Shown here: positions 34,843-43,494 of the stretch, piece after piece
Layout: the number at the start of each line of letters is the position of its first letter
Numbering within the stretch: the stretch's first letter is position 1
Source of the DNA: an uncultured Kiritimatiellota bacterium
Lineage (GTDB): Bacteria > Verrucomicrobiota > Kiritimatiellia > RFP12 > UBA1067
Direction: 5' to 3'
DNA: 64,000 nucleotides
Assembly: GCA_934635385.1 (NCBI GenBank)
Contig: CAKTZI010000011.1
Span: 20,488 to 84,487 of the forward strand
The notes under the pieces: model-generated
Databases searched by the model: none
What the model was told of the DNA's origin: nothing
Seen by the model: only the letters and a program-made list of their open reading frames with translations
Made by a program: the position numbers and the translations under genes

Positions 34843-36033
34843 TCAATGGCTCATCTTGACGATGTCGTCGCCTTTCCATTCCATCACCGTCGCCTGGTCG
34901 GCGGTGTTGAGCTTGCGGATTTCCTCGTCCGACACCCACTGGGGGAAGGACTTTCCGTTCTTGCCCGCGCTCCAGAGGATGTAGCTCTGATGCGGCGGCG
35001 GCGAATAGTAGTAGAACTCGTTTCCCCAGCCGTCCACGACCGTCAGGTCATCCAGGACGTACTGGTCGCCGCTGTTGCTGTCCTTGCCGCCCTGCGACTC
35101 GGTCGAATACAGCACCGGATGCGGATTGTTGGCCGAGATGTTCGAGAATGCCTCGTCAGAATCCTGCAGCTGGACGCCATAGATCTCAAGGGGATACTGC
35201 ATGCGAAGCGTCCGTTCGAGATTCGGCAGCCAACGCGCGCAGACGGCCTGCGACGACAGGGCGGCGATCTTCCACTTGTAGCGGCGCACGTCTTCGTTCA
35301 CATCACTCCATTCCTCATACTGCACGCCGTCTTCGAAACGGCAGGGCAGTCGGTTGTTGGCCGTCCACGACTTCTGGTTCTGGTAGAGCGTGTCCATGTT
35401 CGACCCGCCGCCCAGCATGATGAGGTAGCGCGGCAGCAGATAGCTGAGGACGCCGAACTTGAAGATCTGCACGTCCGTCCAGTCTTCGTCGTCTCGCTTC
35501 GACGACAGCATGCCCTCGTCCGTAATCGCGCGAAAGCCCTTGGCCAACACCGGATTGTTCTTGAACTCCTTGTCTTTCGGATCGTCCGACTGCGACCGCT
35601 TGATCAGCATGTCCGAAACCTTCTTGATATAGTCCGCAATGCCCGGCTTCGTAAACGGGTAGGCCATGCCGATTGGCTGTGACTTGCAGGCCGCCTCCAC
35701 CCGTTCCCAGCTGATTTCCGTCGCCCGCGACGCGCTGCCCGCCGACGCACTGTCGCCCTTCAGGCCCGGATTTTTCTTGCCGACCTGCTGGATGCCATGC
35801 CCATCGACGTCGACCATGTAGTCGCGGCTGCCGTGAAGGCGAACGGGCGGATAGCACCCGTAGGCCGCGTAGTAGCCGGAGAGGCAGTTTTCCAGTCGCT
35901 GCATACGGTTGACAGTCTTGTTGCGCGCCGAGGAATCGCCCCCCGCTCCCGTGATGCGAAACGAAATCGTCATCAGCGTGACGATCACGACGACGACAAT
36001 CAACAGTTCGACGAGTGTAAAGCCCTTTTTCAT
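34843..36033 (-). CDS. Prepilin-type N-terminal protein with a large C-terminal domain; first gene of the pseudopilin operon.
   Basis: MKKGFTLVELLIVVVVIVTLMTISF. The ATG at 36033 lies 9 nt after TGGTATAAT. Confidence 0.7.
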   Translation of the reverse strand: MKKGFTLVELLIVVVVIVTLMTISFRITGAGGDSSARNKTVNRMQRLENCLSGYYAAYGCYPPVRLHGSRDYMVDVDGHGIQQVGKKNPGLKGDSASAGSASRATEISWERVEAACKSQPIGMAYPFTKPGIADYIKKVSDMLIKRSQSDDPKDKEFKNNPVLAKGFRAITDEGMLSSKRDDEDWTDVQIFKFGVLSYLLPRYLIMLGGGSNMDTLYQNQKSWTANNRLPCRFEDGVQYEEWSDVNEDVRRYKWKIAALSSQAVCARWLPNLERTLRMQYPLEIYGVQLQDSDEAFSNISANNPHPVLYSTESQGGKDSNSGDQYVLDDLTVVDGWGNEFYYYSPPPHQSYILWSAGKNGKSFPQWVSDEEIRKLNTADQATVMEWKGDDIVKMSH

Positions 36034-36042
36034 TCTTGGAGA

Positions 36043-36051
36043 ATTATACCA
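36043..36051 (-). promoter_or_regulatory. Extended -10 promoter TGGTATAAT, 9 nt upstream of the ATG at 36033 (leaderless-type).
   Basis: The reverse complement of attatacca is tggtataat. Confidence 0.55.
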
Positions 36052-36087
36052 CATCCCCTCAGAATCCCGCAAGCGGTCACGTGAAAT

Positions 36088-37506
36088 TCACTTGCCGACG
36101 CAGAAGCGCGAAAAGAGGCTGTCGAGCAGGTCGGACGAGTAGGTCGCGCCGACGAGCGCGCCAAGCGATTCGGCGGCCGCACGCACCGCGTTCCCCGCCA
36201 AAACAAGGTCAAGCGGCACATTTTGCAGGAGGGGCGTGAGGTGCGCGCGCGCCGCACACAGGGCCGACAACGCCCGGTCGTCAGGGGCGTCGGACGCCCC
36301 CTCCGACGCGGCGGACGCCGCCCGCCGTTCGAGCGCGGCCACAATCGCCCGCCTGAGTTCGCCCAGCCCCTCGCCCGTCTTCGCCGAGACGTTCAGCCCT
36401 TCGCCGCGCCCCAAATCGCACTTGGGATGGATGGGGAGGAGAGTGGGAGAAGCAGTCTCGGACGTGAGTGATGTGAGGGACGCGGGGGACGTGAGAGCCG
36501 AAAGAGACGCGAGGGACGCAGTGGAGCGAACGCTCGGTTCGCCTGACAAGTCAATCACAATGTCGGCTTCGGCGATCAACTTTTCGGCACGCTTCACGCC
36601 GGCGGCTTCGAGCGCGTCCTCCGTCTCGCGCAGCCCCGCCGTGTCAACGAGCCGAATCGGCCAGCCGTCCAAGTCCAGCCACGCCTCGACCGAGTCGCGC
36701 GTCGTGCCCGGCACATCGCTCACGAGCGCGCGGTTCTCCTCCAAGAGCGCATTCAGGAGCGAACTCTTGCCGGCGTTCGGCGGCCCCGCGAGAACGACCC
36801 GCGCGCCGTCGCGCAGGATGCGTCCCGCACGGACGCGCGTCGCCGCCGTGCCGAGCGCCGCGTCGAGCGCGGCGAGCGACGTGCGTAGCGACGCGAAGAA
36901 GCTGTCGGGCAGTTCGCCCTCGTCGATGTCGAGCGCGTGCTCCAGTTCGGACGACAGGTCGAGCGCGCGGTCATAGAGCGCGCGGTGCGCACGCGCGCGG
37001 CGTCCGGCCAGGCCGTCCAGCGCGGCGTCCGCCGCGCGCGCGGTCTTCGCCTGAATGAGGTCAAGAACGCTTTCCGCCTGGTCATAGTCGAGCTTGCCGT
37101 TCAGAAACGCGCGCTCGGTGAACTCGCCGCGCCGCGCGAGCCGCGCCCCGGCGGCGAAGCAGGCCTCCAGCACACGGCGCGGCGTGACCGCCCCGCCGTG
37201 GCACTGGAACTCGACGACGTCTTCGCCCGTGTAGGAATGGGGCGCGCGAAAGGCGAGAACGACGGCGGTGTCGAGGGGGGGGAGGTTTGGGAGGTTTGGG
37301 GGTTTGGAAAGTTTGGGGGGTTGGGAGGTTGGAAACAGGGCGCAGACGCGCGCGCACGGCAAGCCACCGGACGGAGGCGCGAAGCGGCCGCGCGTCAGGC
37401 GCGTGGCGACGGCGAACGCCTCAGGCCCCGAAACGCGCACGACCGCGACCCCGGCAGGGCCGGGCGCGGTCGCAATCGCTGCGATGGTCTCATTCTGATT
37501 CAGCAT
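36088..37506 (-). CDS. mnmE: tRNA modification GTPase MnmE (TrmE).
   Basis: TIAAIATAPGPAGVAVVRVSG, YTGEDVVEFQCHGG, GPPNAGKSSLLNAL, and the C-terminal FCVGK. It carries two low-complexity in-frame insertions. Confidence 0.9.
   Translation of the reverse strand: MLNQNETIAAIATAPGPAGVAVVRVSGPEAFAVATRLTRGRFAPPSGGLPCARVCALFPTSQPPKLSKPPNLPNLPPLDTAVVLAFRAPHSYTGEDVVEFQCHGGAVTPRRVLEACFAAGARLARRGEFTERAFLNGKLDYDQAESVLDLIQAKTARAADAALDGLAGRRARAHRALYDRALDLSSELEHALDIDEGELPDSFFASLRTSLAALDAALGTAATRVRAGRILRDGARVVLAGPPNAGKSSLLNALLEENRALVSDVPGTTRDSVEAWLDLDGWPIRLVDTAGLRETEDALEAAGVKRAEKLIAEADIVIDLSGEPSVRSTASLASLSALTSPASLTSLTSETASPTLLPIHPKCDLGRGEGLNVSAKTGEGLGELRRAIVAALERRAASAASEGASDAPDDRALSALCAARAHLTPLLQNVPLDLVLAGNAVRAAAESLGALVGATYSSDLLDSLFSRFCVGK
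36459..36525. repeat. GGGACGYGAG-type short tandem repeats inside mnmE.
   Basis: gacgtgagtgatgtgagggacgcgggggacgtgagagccgaaagagacgcgagggacgc encodes SLASLSALTSPASLTSLTS. Confidence 0.65.
37281..37336. repeat. GGTTTGG (CCAAACC) ~10-bp tandem units inside mnmE, in the opposite orientation to the murI copy relative to the coding strand.
   Basis: ggaggtttgggaggtttgggggtttggaaagtttggggggttgggaggttggaaac encodes QPPKLSKPPNLPNLPP. Confidence 0.8.
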
Positions 37507-37520
37507 CGCCGCACGTGATT

Positions 37521-37548
37521 TCTCCGTGCCTCCGTGTCTCCGTGTGAG
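37521..37548. repeat. Solo half-arm of the CGGAG-type element in the mnmE/antiporter intergenic spacer.
   Basis: tctccgtgcctccgtgtctccgtgtgag is nearly identical to 52546-52573. Confidence 0.7.
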
Positions 37549-37554
37549 AACGCC

Positions 37555-39858
37555 CTACTTGACGCTCTTGAAGAACTTGCGCATCTCCTCCGCCGTCGTG
37601 CACTGCGCGAGCTTCTCGTAGCCGTTGTCGCCACGCAGGGCCTTCGAGATGAAGCTCATCAGCTGCAGGTACGGCGTCTGCGTCGAGTCGTTCGCGATCG
37701 TGAGGACGATGATCGACAGCGGCGAGTTGTCGATCGTCTCGTAGTCCGGGATGCAGCCGTTCGCCGTGCCCGAATTGTCGAGAATCGCGACCGCGCCGAC
37801 GATGCCCTCCACCTCGGCGCACCGGCCGTGCGGCACGGCGATGCCGTGGTCGAGGCCGGTCGGCATCGACGCCTCGCGCCGGAGAACCGCCGCCGTCGCC
37901 TCCTTGACGTCCTTCACGTGCGACGGACACGCCGCCGCGATCTCGGCGACCATCTTCTCGATCGCCTCCTTCTTCGACGCCGCCTTGAACTTCGGCAGCA
38001 TCACGAAATGCTGGAGATGGCGGCCGACGTTCGTGTGGCGCGGCTTCGCGGCGGACGGCCCGTCCGCCAGCATCCGGTCGACGTCCTCGCGGCGGATGGG
38101 CTTCGCGATCTGGCGCGCGAGGTCGTTCATCTCGGAGGCGACCTCCATCCACGCCGTCATGACGATCGCCTCCTCCGCCGGCGTGCACGAGACCTTGATC
38201 ACGTTCCCCGAACGCTCGACCGACAGCTCCATGTTGTCCATCGCGATCTCCCAGATGCTGTCCTCCTTCGACAGGAGCGACGTGAAGAAGCCCTCCTCGC
38301 GGAACTCCGCGACGAGCTTCTCCAGGACGAGCGAGGCGACTTCTGGCGTCGAGAGCTCGAAGACGACGGGACGCGAGTTGTCGTGGCTCTGCTTCGGATG
38401 CCGCACGCCCCGGCGCTTCGGCGCGAACAGCCCGACGAGCGCGGGCGGCGCGACGACCGTCGTGACGAGCGTCATCAGGATGCCGATGCCGAAGATCTCC
38501 TGCGTGAGGAAGCCGCTCGACAGGCCGAGACCCGCGATGATGAGCGCGACCTCGCCGCGCGGCACCATGCCCGCGCCGATGCGGAGGCCGCCCAGCAGGT
38601 TGAAGCCGCAGCAGAGCGACGGCAGCATGCAGCCGATCACCTTCGCCGCGACGGCGAGCGCCGTGTAGATGCCGCCGAAGATCAGCACCGGCTTCGAGCA
38701 GAGCGCCGTGACGTCGACCATCATGCCCATCGAGCAGAAGAAGACGGGCACGAGGAACGTGTAGACGGGCGTCAGCATCTCCTGGATCGGATGCTTCAGG
38801 TCGGTGCGCGAGAGCGCGAGGCCCATCACGTACGCGCCGATGATCATCGCAAGACCCATGAACTCGAAGAAGCCCGCGAGGACAAGCGCGAGGCCGAAGG
38901 CCATCGTCGCGATGACAACGGGGCTCTTGAACGCCGCCTTCAGGAACTTCGCGATGTAGCGCGCCGCCAGGAGGCCGATCGCCGTCGCGCCGAGCCAGAC
39001 GCCGAACGCCTTCAGGGCGACGAGGCCGATCGCGCCCCAGTCCATCGCGCCCGCCGCGCCGCCAGCCTTCGCCGCCGCATGGTTCGCAACGATGATGCCG
39101 TTGCCGATCGCCAGCACGATGAGACCCAGGACGTCGTCGATCACGGCGCCCGCCATGATCGTCACACCCTCCTCGGAATCCATCTGCTTCTTCTCGGAGA
39201 GGATGCGCGCCGTGATGCCAACCGACGTCGCCGTGGACATGATGCCCATGTAAAGCGGCGCCTCCTTCGTCATCGCCTCCGCAAGCGGCACACCCTTCAG
39301 GTAGGCGAAGTGCTCGAAGAACTCCGGCAGCAGGTAGACCGCGCAGAGGTCGCCGAACAGGAACGAGACGATCACGCCGCCGAGGCCGACCATGAGACCG
39401 ACGAACGAGTAACGCAGGAAGAGCTTCAGGTTCGTCTCGAGGCCCGACAGGAACAGGAGAATCACCGAGGCCAGCGTCGCGATGCCGTAGAGCGCAGGCG
39501 ACGTCGCGTCGAACATGTGGCCCGTCTCCTTCGCGATCGCGCGCAGCTCCGCGCCATGGAAAAGGCCGGACGCGAACAGACCGTCGCCGAAGCCGATGCC
39601 GCCGAGGGCCCACGGGCCGATAACGATGCCGGCCGCGAGTTCGCCGAGAATGGACGGCAGCTTCAGGCAGGAGGCCAACGCGCCGCCCACGCGCGCCGCG
39701 AAGATGATGAGGCCGATCTGCAGGACGAGGAACATCATCTCTTCCACGCGGGGCAGGCCGAAGTTCGGATAGGGCGGGGGTCCGCCCTCATGCGCCGCAA
39801 AAACACCCGCCGCACACATCACTGTGGCGGCCACCAAAAACATTTTCTTGTTTTTCAT
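37555..39858 (-). CDS. CPA2-family cation:proton antiporter fused to a C-terminal PTS EIIA type-2 (PtsN-like) domain.
   Basis: The N-terminus is a multi-TM Na_H_exchanger-type domain (LPSILGELAAGIVIGP). The C-terminus REASMPTGLDHGIAVPHGRCAEVEGIVGAVAIL is the EIIA-2 active-site region. Confidence 0.85.
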   Translation of the reverse strand: MKNKKMFLVAATVMCAAGVFAAHEGGPPPYPNFGLPRVEEMMFLVLQIGLIIFAARVGGALASCLKLPSILGELAAGIVIGPWALGGIGFGDGLFASGLFHGAELRAIAKETGHMFDATSPALYGIATLASVILLFLSGLETNLKLFLRYSFVGLMVGLGGVIVSFLFGDLCAVYLLPEFFEHFAYLKGVPLAEAMTKEAPLYMGIMSTATSVGITARILSEKKQMDSEEGVTIMAGAVIDDVLGLIVLAIGNGIIVANHAAAKAGGAAGAMDWGAIGLVALKAFGVWLGATAIGLLAARYIAKFLKAAFKSPVVIATMAFGLALVLAGFFEFMGLAMIIGAYVMGLALSRTDLKHPIQEMLTPVYTFLVPVFFCSMGMMVDVTALCSKPVLIFGGIYTALAVAAKVIGCMLPSLCCGFNLLGGLRIGAGMVPRGEVALIIAGLGLSSGFLTQEIFGIGILMTLVTTVVAPPALVGLFAPKRRGVRHPKQSHDNSRPVVFELSTPEVASLVLEKLVAEFREEGFFTSLLSKEDSIWEIAMDNMELSVERSGNVIKVSCTPAEEAIVMTAWMEVASEMNDLARQIAKPIRREDVDRMLADGPSAAKPRHTNVGRHLQHFVMLPKFKAASKKEAIEKMVAEIAAACPSHVKDVKEATAAVLRREASMPTGLDHGIAVPHGRCAEVEGIVGAVAILDNSGTANGCIPDYETIDNSPLSIIVLTIANDSTQTPYLQLMSFISKALRGDNGYEKLAQCTTAEEMRKFFKSVK

Positions 39859-39868
39859 ATGGGTGTGT

Positions 39869-39877
39869 AGTATATCA
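39869..39877 (-). promoter_or_regulatory. Extended -10 promoter TGATATACT, 10 nt upstream of the antiporter ATG.
   Basis: The reverse complement of agtatatca is tgatatact. Confidence 0.5.
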
Positions 39878-39921
39878 CAAATCGCCGCTCGGCTGTAATA
39901 TACCCGTCACTGGACGACTGG

Positions 39922-40401
39922 TCACTGGACAACGACTGTCCGCTGCTCATAGTGTCCGGGCTGCCAAATGCGGACGACCGTGCCGTTCGCCTGAACCTGG
40001 TCGACGTAACGGCCCTCCACCCAGAAGTTCTGAACCTGCGTGACAGGCGTGACAACCGTCGGCTGAACGACCACGGGCGTCGTGACGACGGCCGGCGTCG
40101 TCACCACCGTCGGTGTCGTGACGACCACGGGCGCAGGTTCGACAACCGCACGGGAAACCACGCCACCAACCACGCCACCGACGAATCCCGGCCAGAAGTT
40201 GCGCCCGCCACGGCCCCAGAAGCCGTCGTTCGGACGATGATGCGGGGCACCATGACGCGGAGGAGGCGGCTGACGGACACCCGGACCGCCCGGACGGCCA
40301 CCTCCATGACCACCGGGGCCCGGACCGCCTGGACGCGCCAAGCAGACGCCTGTGCAGAGAATCGCCGCAACGGCGACAACGACTGTATTCTTGATGTTCA
40401 T
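39922..40401 (-). CDS. Small secreted Gly/Pro-rich protein with VVTTP repeats (hypothetical).
   Basis: MNIKNTVVVAVAAILCTGVCLA signal. AAGGAAAGGAAAAG lies upstream. The track ORF is extended to 40482. Confidence 0.55.
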   Translation of the reverse strand: MNIKNTVVVAVAAILCTGVCLARPGGPGPGGHGGGRPGGPGVRQPPPPRHGAPHHRPNDGFWGRGGRNFWPGFVGGVVGGVVSRAVVEPAPVVVTTPTVVTTPAVVTTPVVVQPTVVTPVTQVQNFWVEGRYVDQVQANGTVVRIWQPGHYEQRTVVVQ

Positions 40402-40488
40402 CTTTCTTTTCCTTTCCTTTGTTTTTTCAGGCTGATCTGCCTGACAAGAGAGACAGGAGACCAACCTTTTGCTTTCTGACAAAAAAAA

Positions 40489-41856
40489 TCAGTTTTTGAA
40501 CGAGTGGATCGGCGCGGGGATGCGGCCCGTGCGGGCGATGAACTTGTCGCACGCGAACGGCGAGACGCGCATCACCGGCGCGTGGCCGAGGAGTCCGCCG
40601 AACTCAACCGTGTCGCCGACCGTCTTGTCCGCGACGGGAATGACCCTGACGGCCGTCGTCTTCTGGTTGACCATGCCGATCGCCGCCTCGTCCGCGATGA
40701 TGCCCGAAATCGAACTCGCCGGCGTGTCGCCGGGAATCGCGATCATGTCGAGGCCGACCGAGCAGACGCACGTCATCGCCTCCAGCTTCTCGATCGTGAG
40801 CGCGCCCGCGTTCACCGCGTCGATCATGCCCTGGTCTTCAGAGACGGGGATGAACGCGCCGGAGAGTCCGCCGACGTAGGAGCTCGCCATGACGCCGCCC
40901 TTCTTCACCTGGTCGTTCAGGAGCGCGAGCGCGGCGGTCGTCCCCGGCGCGCCCGGATGCTCCAGGCCGATCTCCTTCAGGATGTCCGCCACCGAGTCGC
41001 CGACGGCCGGCGTCGGCGCGAGCGACAGGTCGATGATGCCGAACGGCACGCCGAGCCGCTTCGACGCCTCCTGCGCGACGAGCTGGCCAACGCGCGTGAT
41101 CTTGAACGCCGTGCGCTTGATCGTCTCGCACAGTGTCTCGAACGACGCGCCGCGACACGTGTGCTTCAGGACGTGGTTGACGACGCCCGGCCCGGACACG
41201 CCGACGTTGATGACCGCGTCCCCTTCCGTCACGCCGTGGAACGCGCCGGCCATGAACGGATTGTCGTCCGGCGCGTTGCAGAGCACGACGAGCTTCGCGC
41301 AACCGAGCGAATCGCGCGCCTTCGTCTTCGCCGCCGTCTCCTTGATGATCTCGCCCATAAGCCGCACGGCGTCCATGTCGAGGCCCGTCTTCGTCGAGCC
41401 GACGTTGACGGACGCGCAGATGTGGTCGGTCACGGCCAGCGCCTCCGGAATCGAGCGGATCAGCAACTCGTCCGCCCGCGTCATGCCCTTCGAGACGACC
41501 GCCGAATAGCCGCCGATGAAATTGACGCCGAGCTTCTTCGCCGCGCGGTCAAGCGTCTTCGCGAGACGCACGAAGTCCTTCGGCTTCCGGCAGCACGCCG
41601 CGCCCACAAGCGCGATCGGCGTGATGGAAATGCGCTTGTTGACGATCGGCACGCCGAATTCGCGCCCGATCTCGTCGCCCGTCTTCACGAGATCCTTCGC
41701 GTAGCGGAGCAGCTTCGCGTACACGTTGTCGCACGTCTTCGCGAGCGAGGCGTCCGCGCAGTCCAAGAGCGAGAGGCCCATCGTGATGGTCCGAACGTCG
41801 AGATTCTCCTCGAGAATCATCTTGTTCGTCTCAAGAACTTCCGAAAGGTTGATCAT
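40489..41856 (-). CDS. UPF0210 / DUF711 (PFL-like fold) protein.
   Basis: [35 protein letters not shown] matches the conserved UPF0210 N-terminus. It has the typical partner gene (ACT) upstream. The track ORF runs on through the intergenic repeats to 42069. Confidence 0.85.
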   Translation of the reverse strand: MINLSEVLETNKMILEENLDVRTITMGLSLLDCADASLAKTCDNVYAKLLRYAKDLVKTGDEIGREFGVPIVNKRISITPIALVGAACCRKPKDFVRLAKTLDRAAKKLGVNFIGGYSAVVSKGMTRADELLIRSIPEALAVTDHICASVNVGSTKTGLDMDAVRLMGEIIKETAAKTKARDSLGCAKLVVLCNAPDDNPFMAGAFHGVTEGDAVINVGVSGPGVVNHVLKHTCRGASFETLCETIKRTAFKITRVGQLVAQEASKRLGVPFGIIDLSLAPTPAVGDSVADILKEIGLEHPGAPGTTAALALLNDQVKKGGVMASSYVGGLSGAFIPVSEDQGMIDAVNAGALTIEKLEAMTCVCSVGLDMIAIPGDTPASSISGIIADEAAIGMVNQKTTAVRVIPVADKTVGDTVEFGGLLGHAPVMRVSPFACDKFIARTGRIPAPIHSFKN

Positions 41857-41860
41857 GGGA

Positions 41861-41944
41861 AAATAATCGAATAATCGAATTGGAGAATAATCGAATAATC
41901 GAATAATCGAATTGAAGAATTGGAGAATTGGAGAATTGGAGAAT
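41861..41944. repeat. Two adjacent 9-bp tandem arrays: AATAATCGA (about 5 units) and GAATTGGAG (about 4 units).
   Basis: aaataatcgaataatcgaattggagaataatcgaataatcgaataatcgaattgaagaattggagaattggagaattggagaatt fills the ACT-UPF0210 spacer. Confidence 0.85.
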
Positions 41945-42217
41945 TTAGATGCGGTGCATCTTCTCGAAGATCTCGGACTTCTGGCAGCGGATGTGCAGCC
42001 CCAGTTCGAGGCCGAGCTTCGAGAGTTCCGCACCCACCTTGTCGAAGGTCTTCCGGCACTTCGCGCCATCGACGATCATCATCATGTTGAAGTAGCCGCC
42101 CACGACGGTCTGCGAAATGTCGAGAATGTTGATTTCGTTCTTGGCGAGGTAGGCGCTCGTCTTCGCGATGATGCCAACGGTATCCTTGCCGACGACGGTG
42201 ATGATGACTTTTTTCAC
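41945..42217 (-). CDS. ACT-domain protein (UPF0237).
   Basis: [39 protein letters not shown] start with a strong AAGGAG Shine-Dalgarno sequence. Confidence 0.85.
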   Translation of the reverse strand: MKKVIITVVGKDTVGIIAKTSAYLAKNEINILDISQTVVGGYFNMMMIVDGAKCRKTFDKVGAELSKLGLELGLHIRCQKSEIFEKMHRI

Positions 42218-42226
42218 GTTTTCTCC

Positions 42227-42721
42227 TTATGAAACGACAGTCGCAACGTAGGGGTCGCCGCAGAGCGAGCAGATCGCGCCGTCGTGTACGGGCGCGCCGC
42301 AGTTCGGGCAACGCTTCTCCAGAACCTCGCCGCAGAACGCACAGAACTTGCCGCCCACGGGATCGGCCTTCGTGCGGTCGGGCAGAAGATACGACCGACC
42401 CTCGACTTCATACGGACGGTTCGACGGACAGTGCGGATTCGGACAGAACCCGCGCGGCGCGTGTTCCATCTGCGGCGAAAAGGCGAAAGACGACGCAAGC
42501 GGACGCATCGGCGGTTCGCTCTTCGCCGTCAAGTCAACGCCGAACTTCTGCGCGAGCTTCTTAATGACCTCGTCGTTCAGCTTCGTCCCGTCCCCCTGCT
42601 CGAACATCGACAGGGCGGACTGCTTGCAGCCGACTTCAAGCGCCACGACGCTCTGCGAAAGTTTCGCGGCGCGTCGTGCCTCCTTGATCTTCAGGCAAAT
42701 CTCTGGACTAAGTTCCGTCAC
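42227..42721 (-). CDS. XRE-family HTH regulator with a C-terminal zinc-ribbon.
   Basis: LSQSVVALEVGCKQSALSMFEQG is the HTH. CPNCGAPVHDGAICSLCGDP is the zinc-ribbon. GTG start. Confidence 0.7.
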   Translation of the reverse strand: MTELSPEICLKIKEARRAAKLSQSVVALEVGCKQSALSMFEQGDGTKLNDEVIKKLAQKFGVDLTAKSEPPMRPLASSFAFSPQMEHAPRGFCPNPHCPSNRPYEVEGRSYLLPDRTKADPVGGKFCAFCGEVLEKRCPNCGAPVHDGAICSLCGDPYVATVVS

Positions 42722-42744
42722 GGGTGGATATTATGGACTTTATT

Positions 42745-42849
42745 TTATCAACTGACAAGGGGGCTGTTATCAACACTATCAACAAGAATATCAACTTATC
42801 TACAAAATTATAAACTTATGAATGTTGATTTGTTGATAATTTATCAATA
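42745..42849. promoter_or_regulatory. Cluster of at least seven DnaA-box-like 9-mers (TTATCAACA variant) in an AT-rich spacer; a candidate oriC element or DnaA-controlled site.
   Basis: ttatcaact 42745, ttatcaaca 42767, ctatcaaca 42776, atatcaact 42788, ttatctaca 42796, tgttgataa 42831, ttatcaata 42841. Confidence 0.5.
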
Positions 42850-43494
42850 AACGCGCGCGACGATTTCGGACGGCAGAAGGTATTCTTCGCCCTTTTTATG
42901 CGAAATGCCGCGTTTTTCGAGTTCTTTGATCACAATACCGTTGATGAGGTTCGCGTTGTCCGCAAACAGCTTCTCCAGCTCGGCGCGACGTTTCGCCAGT
43001 TCTCCGTGCGGCTCGTTGGCAACCAGCACACTTTCCAGAATCTGCGCCCGACGGATGCGCCCGGCCTTCTCGGCGGTGTCCCGCGCCTCGCGCAGCACTT
43101 CGATCACGTGATCGCGCGTCTCGCCTTCAAAGCGGTCGTCCAACTCGATGTTGCGCTCCAGGAGCGCCACCTTGTTCGACAGCATGCCTTCCGCATTCTT
43201 CGCGAGAACGTCGCCGACCCTGTCGAGTTCGAGCTGAAGCTGCTGCACTTTCCGGCGAAGCGTATTCGCTTCGGACTGCAGCGCGGCGTTATTCGCGCGC
43301 AGGGAGCCGATCTTGATCTCCTGTTCGGCCTTGCTTTGCTTCAGGAACGAAATCATCTCGTCCTGCTCAGCCTTGTCGGCCGCCAGCGATTCGACGACGG
43401 CTTTCTGGACGTCGATTTCCTCCGGCTCTTCCTCGACCAACTCCTCTTCCGGCTCCTCGACGGGCGCGCGGTTGAGAAACTCACTGATGTCCAT
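42844..43494 (-). CDS. Coiled-coil hypothetical protein.
   Basis: 216 aa, Glu/Leu/Lys-rich with a heptad-like sequence. It overlaps the downstream methyltransferase gene by 14 nt. Confidence 0.6.
   Translation of the reverse strand: MDISEFLNRAPVEEPEEELVEEEPEEIDVQKAVVESLAADKAEQDEMISFLKQSKAEQEIKIGSLRANNAALQSEANTLRRKVQQLQLELDRVGDVLAKNAEGMLSNKVALLERNIELDDRFEGETRDHVIEVLREARDTAEKAGRIRRAQILESVLVANEPHGELAKRRAELEKLFADNANLINGIVIKELEKRGISHKKGEEYLLPSEIVARVY

Noticed and set aside
39906-39940. Direct repeat gtcactggacgactg / gtcactggacaacgactg at the 3' end of the small Gly/Pro-rich gene.
   Set aside because: It is a short single duplication overlapping the stop codon with no further copies in the window. 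It is most likely local slippage without functional implication.
40489-42069. N-terminally extended track ORFs, as if they were the real genes: 40489-42069, 52085-54667, 33563-34291, 27792-31343, 19159-20781, 48916-51351, 51361-51639, 34843-36072 and 39922-40482.
   Set aside because: Conserved family N-termini, Shine-Dalgarno sequences, ATGA-type coupling or -10 boxes point to internal starts. These are 41856, 54592, 34195, 31097, 20685, 51333, 51582, 36033 and 40401 respectively.
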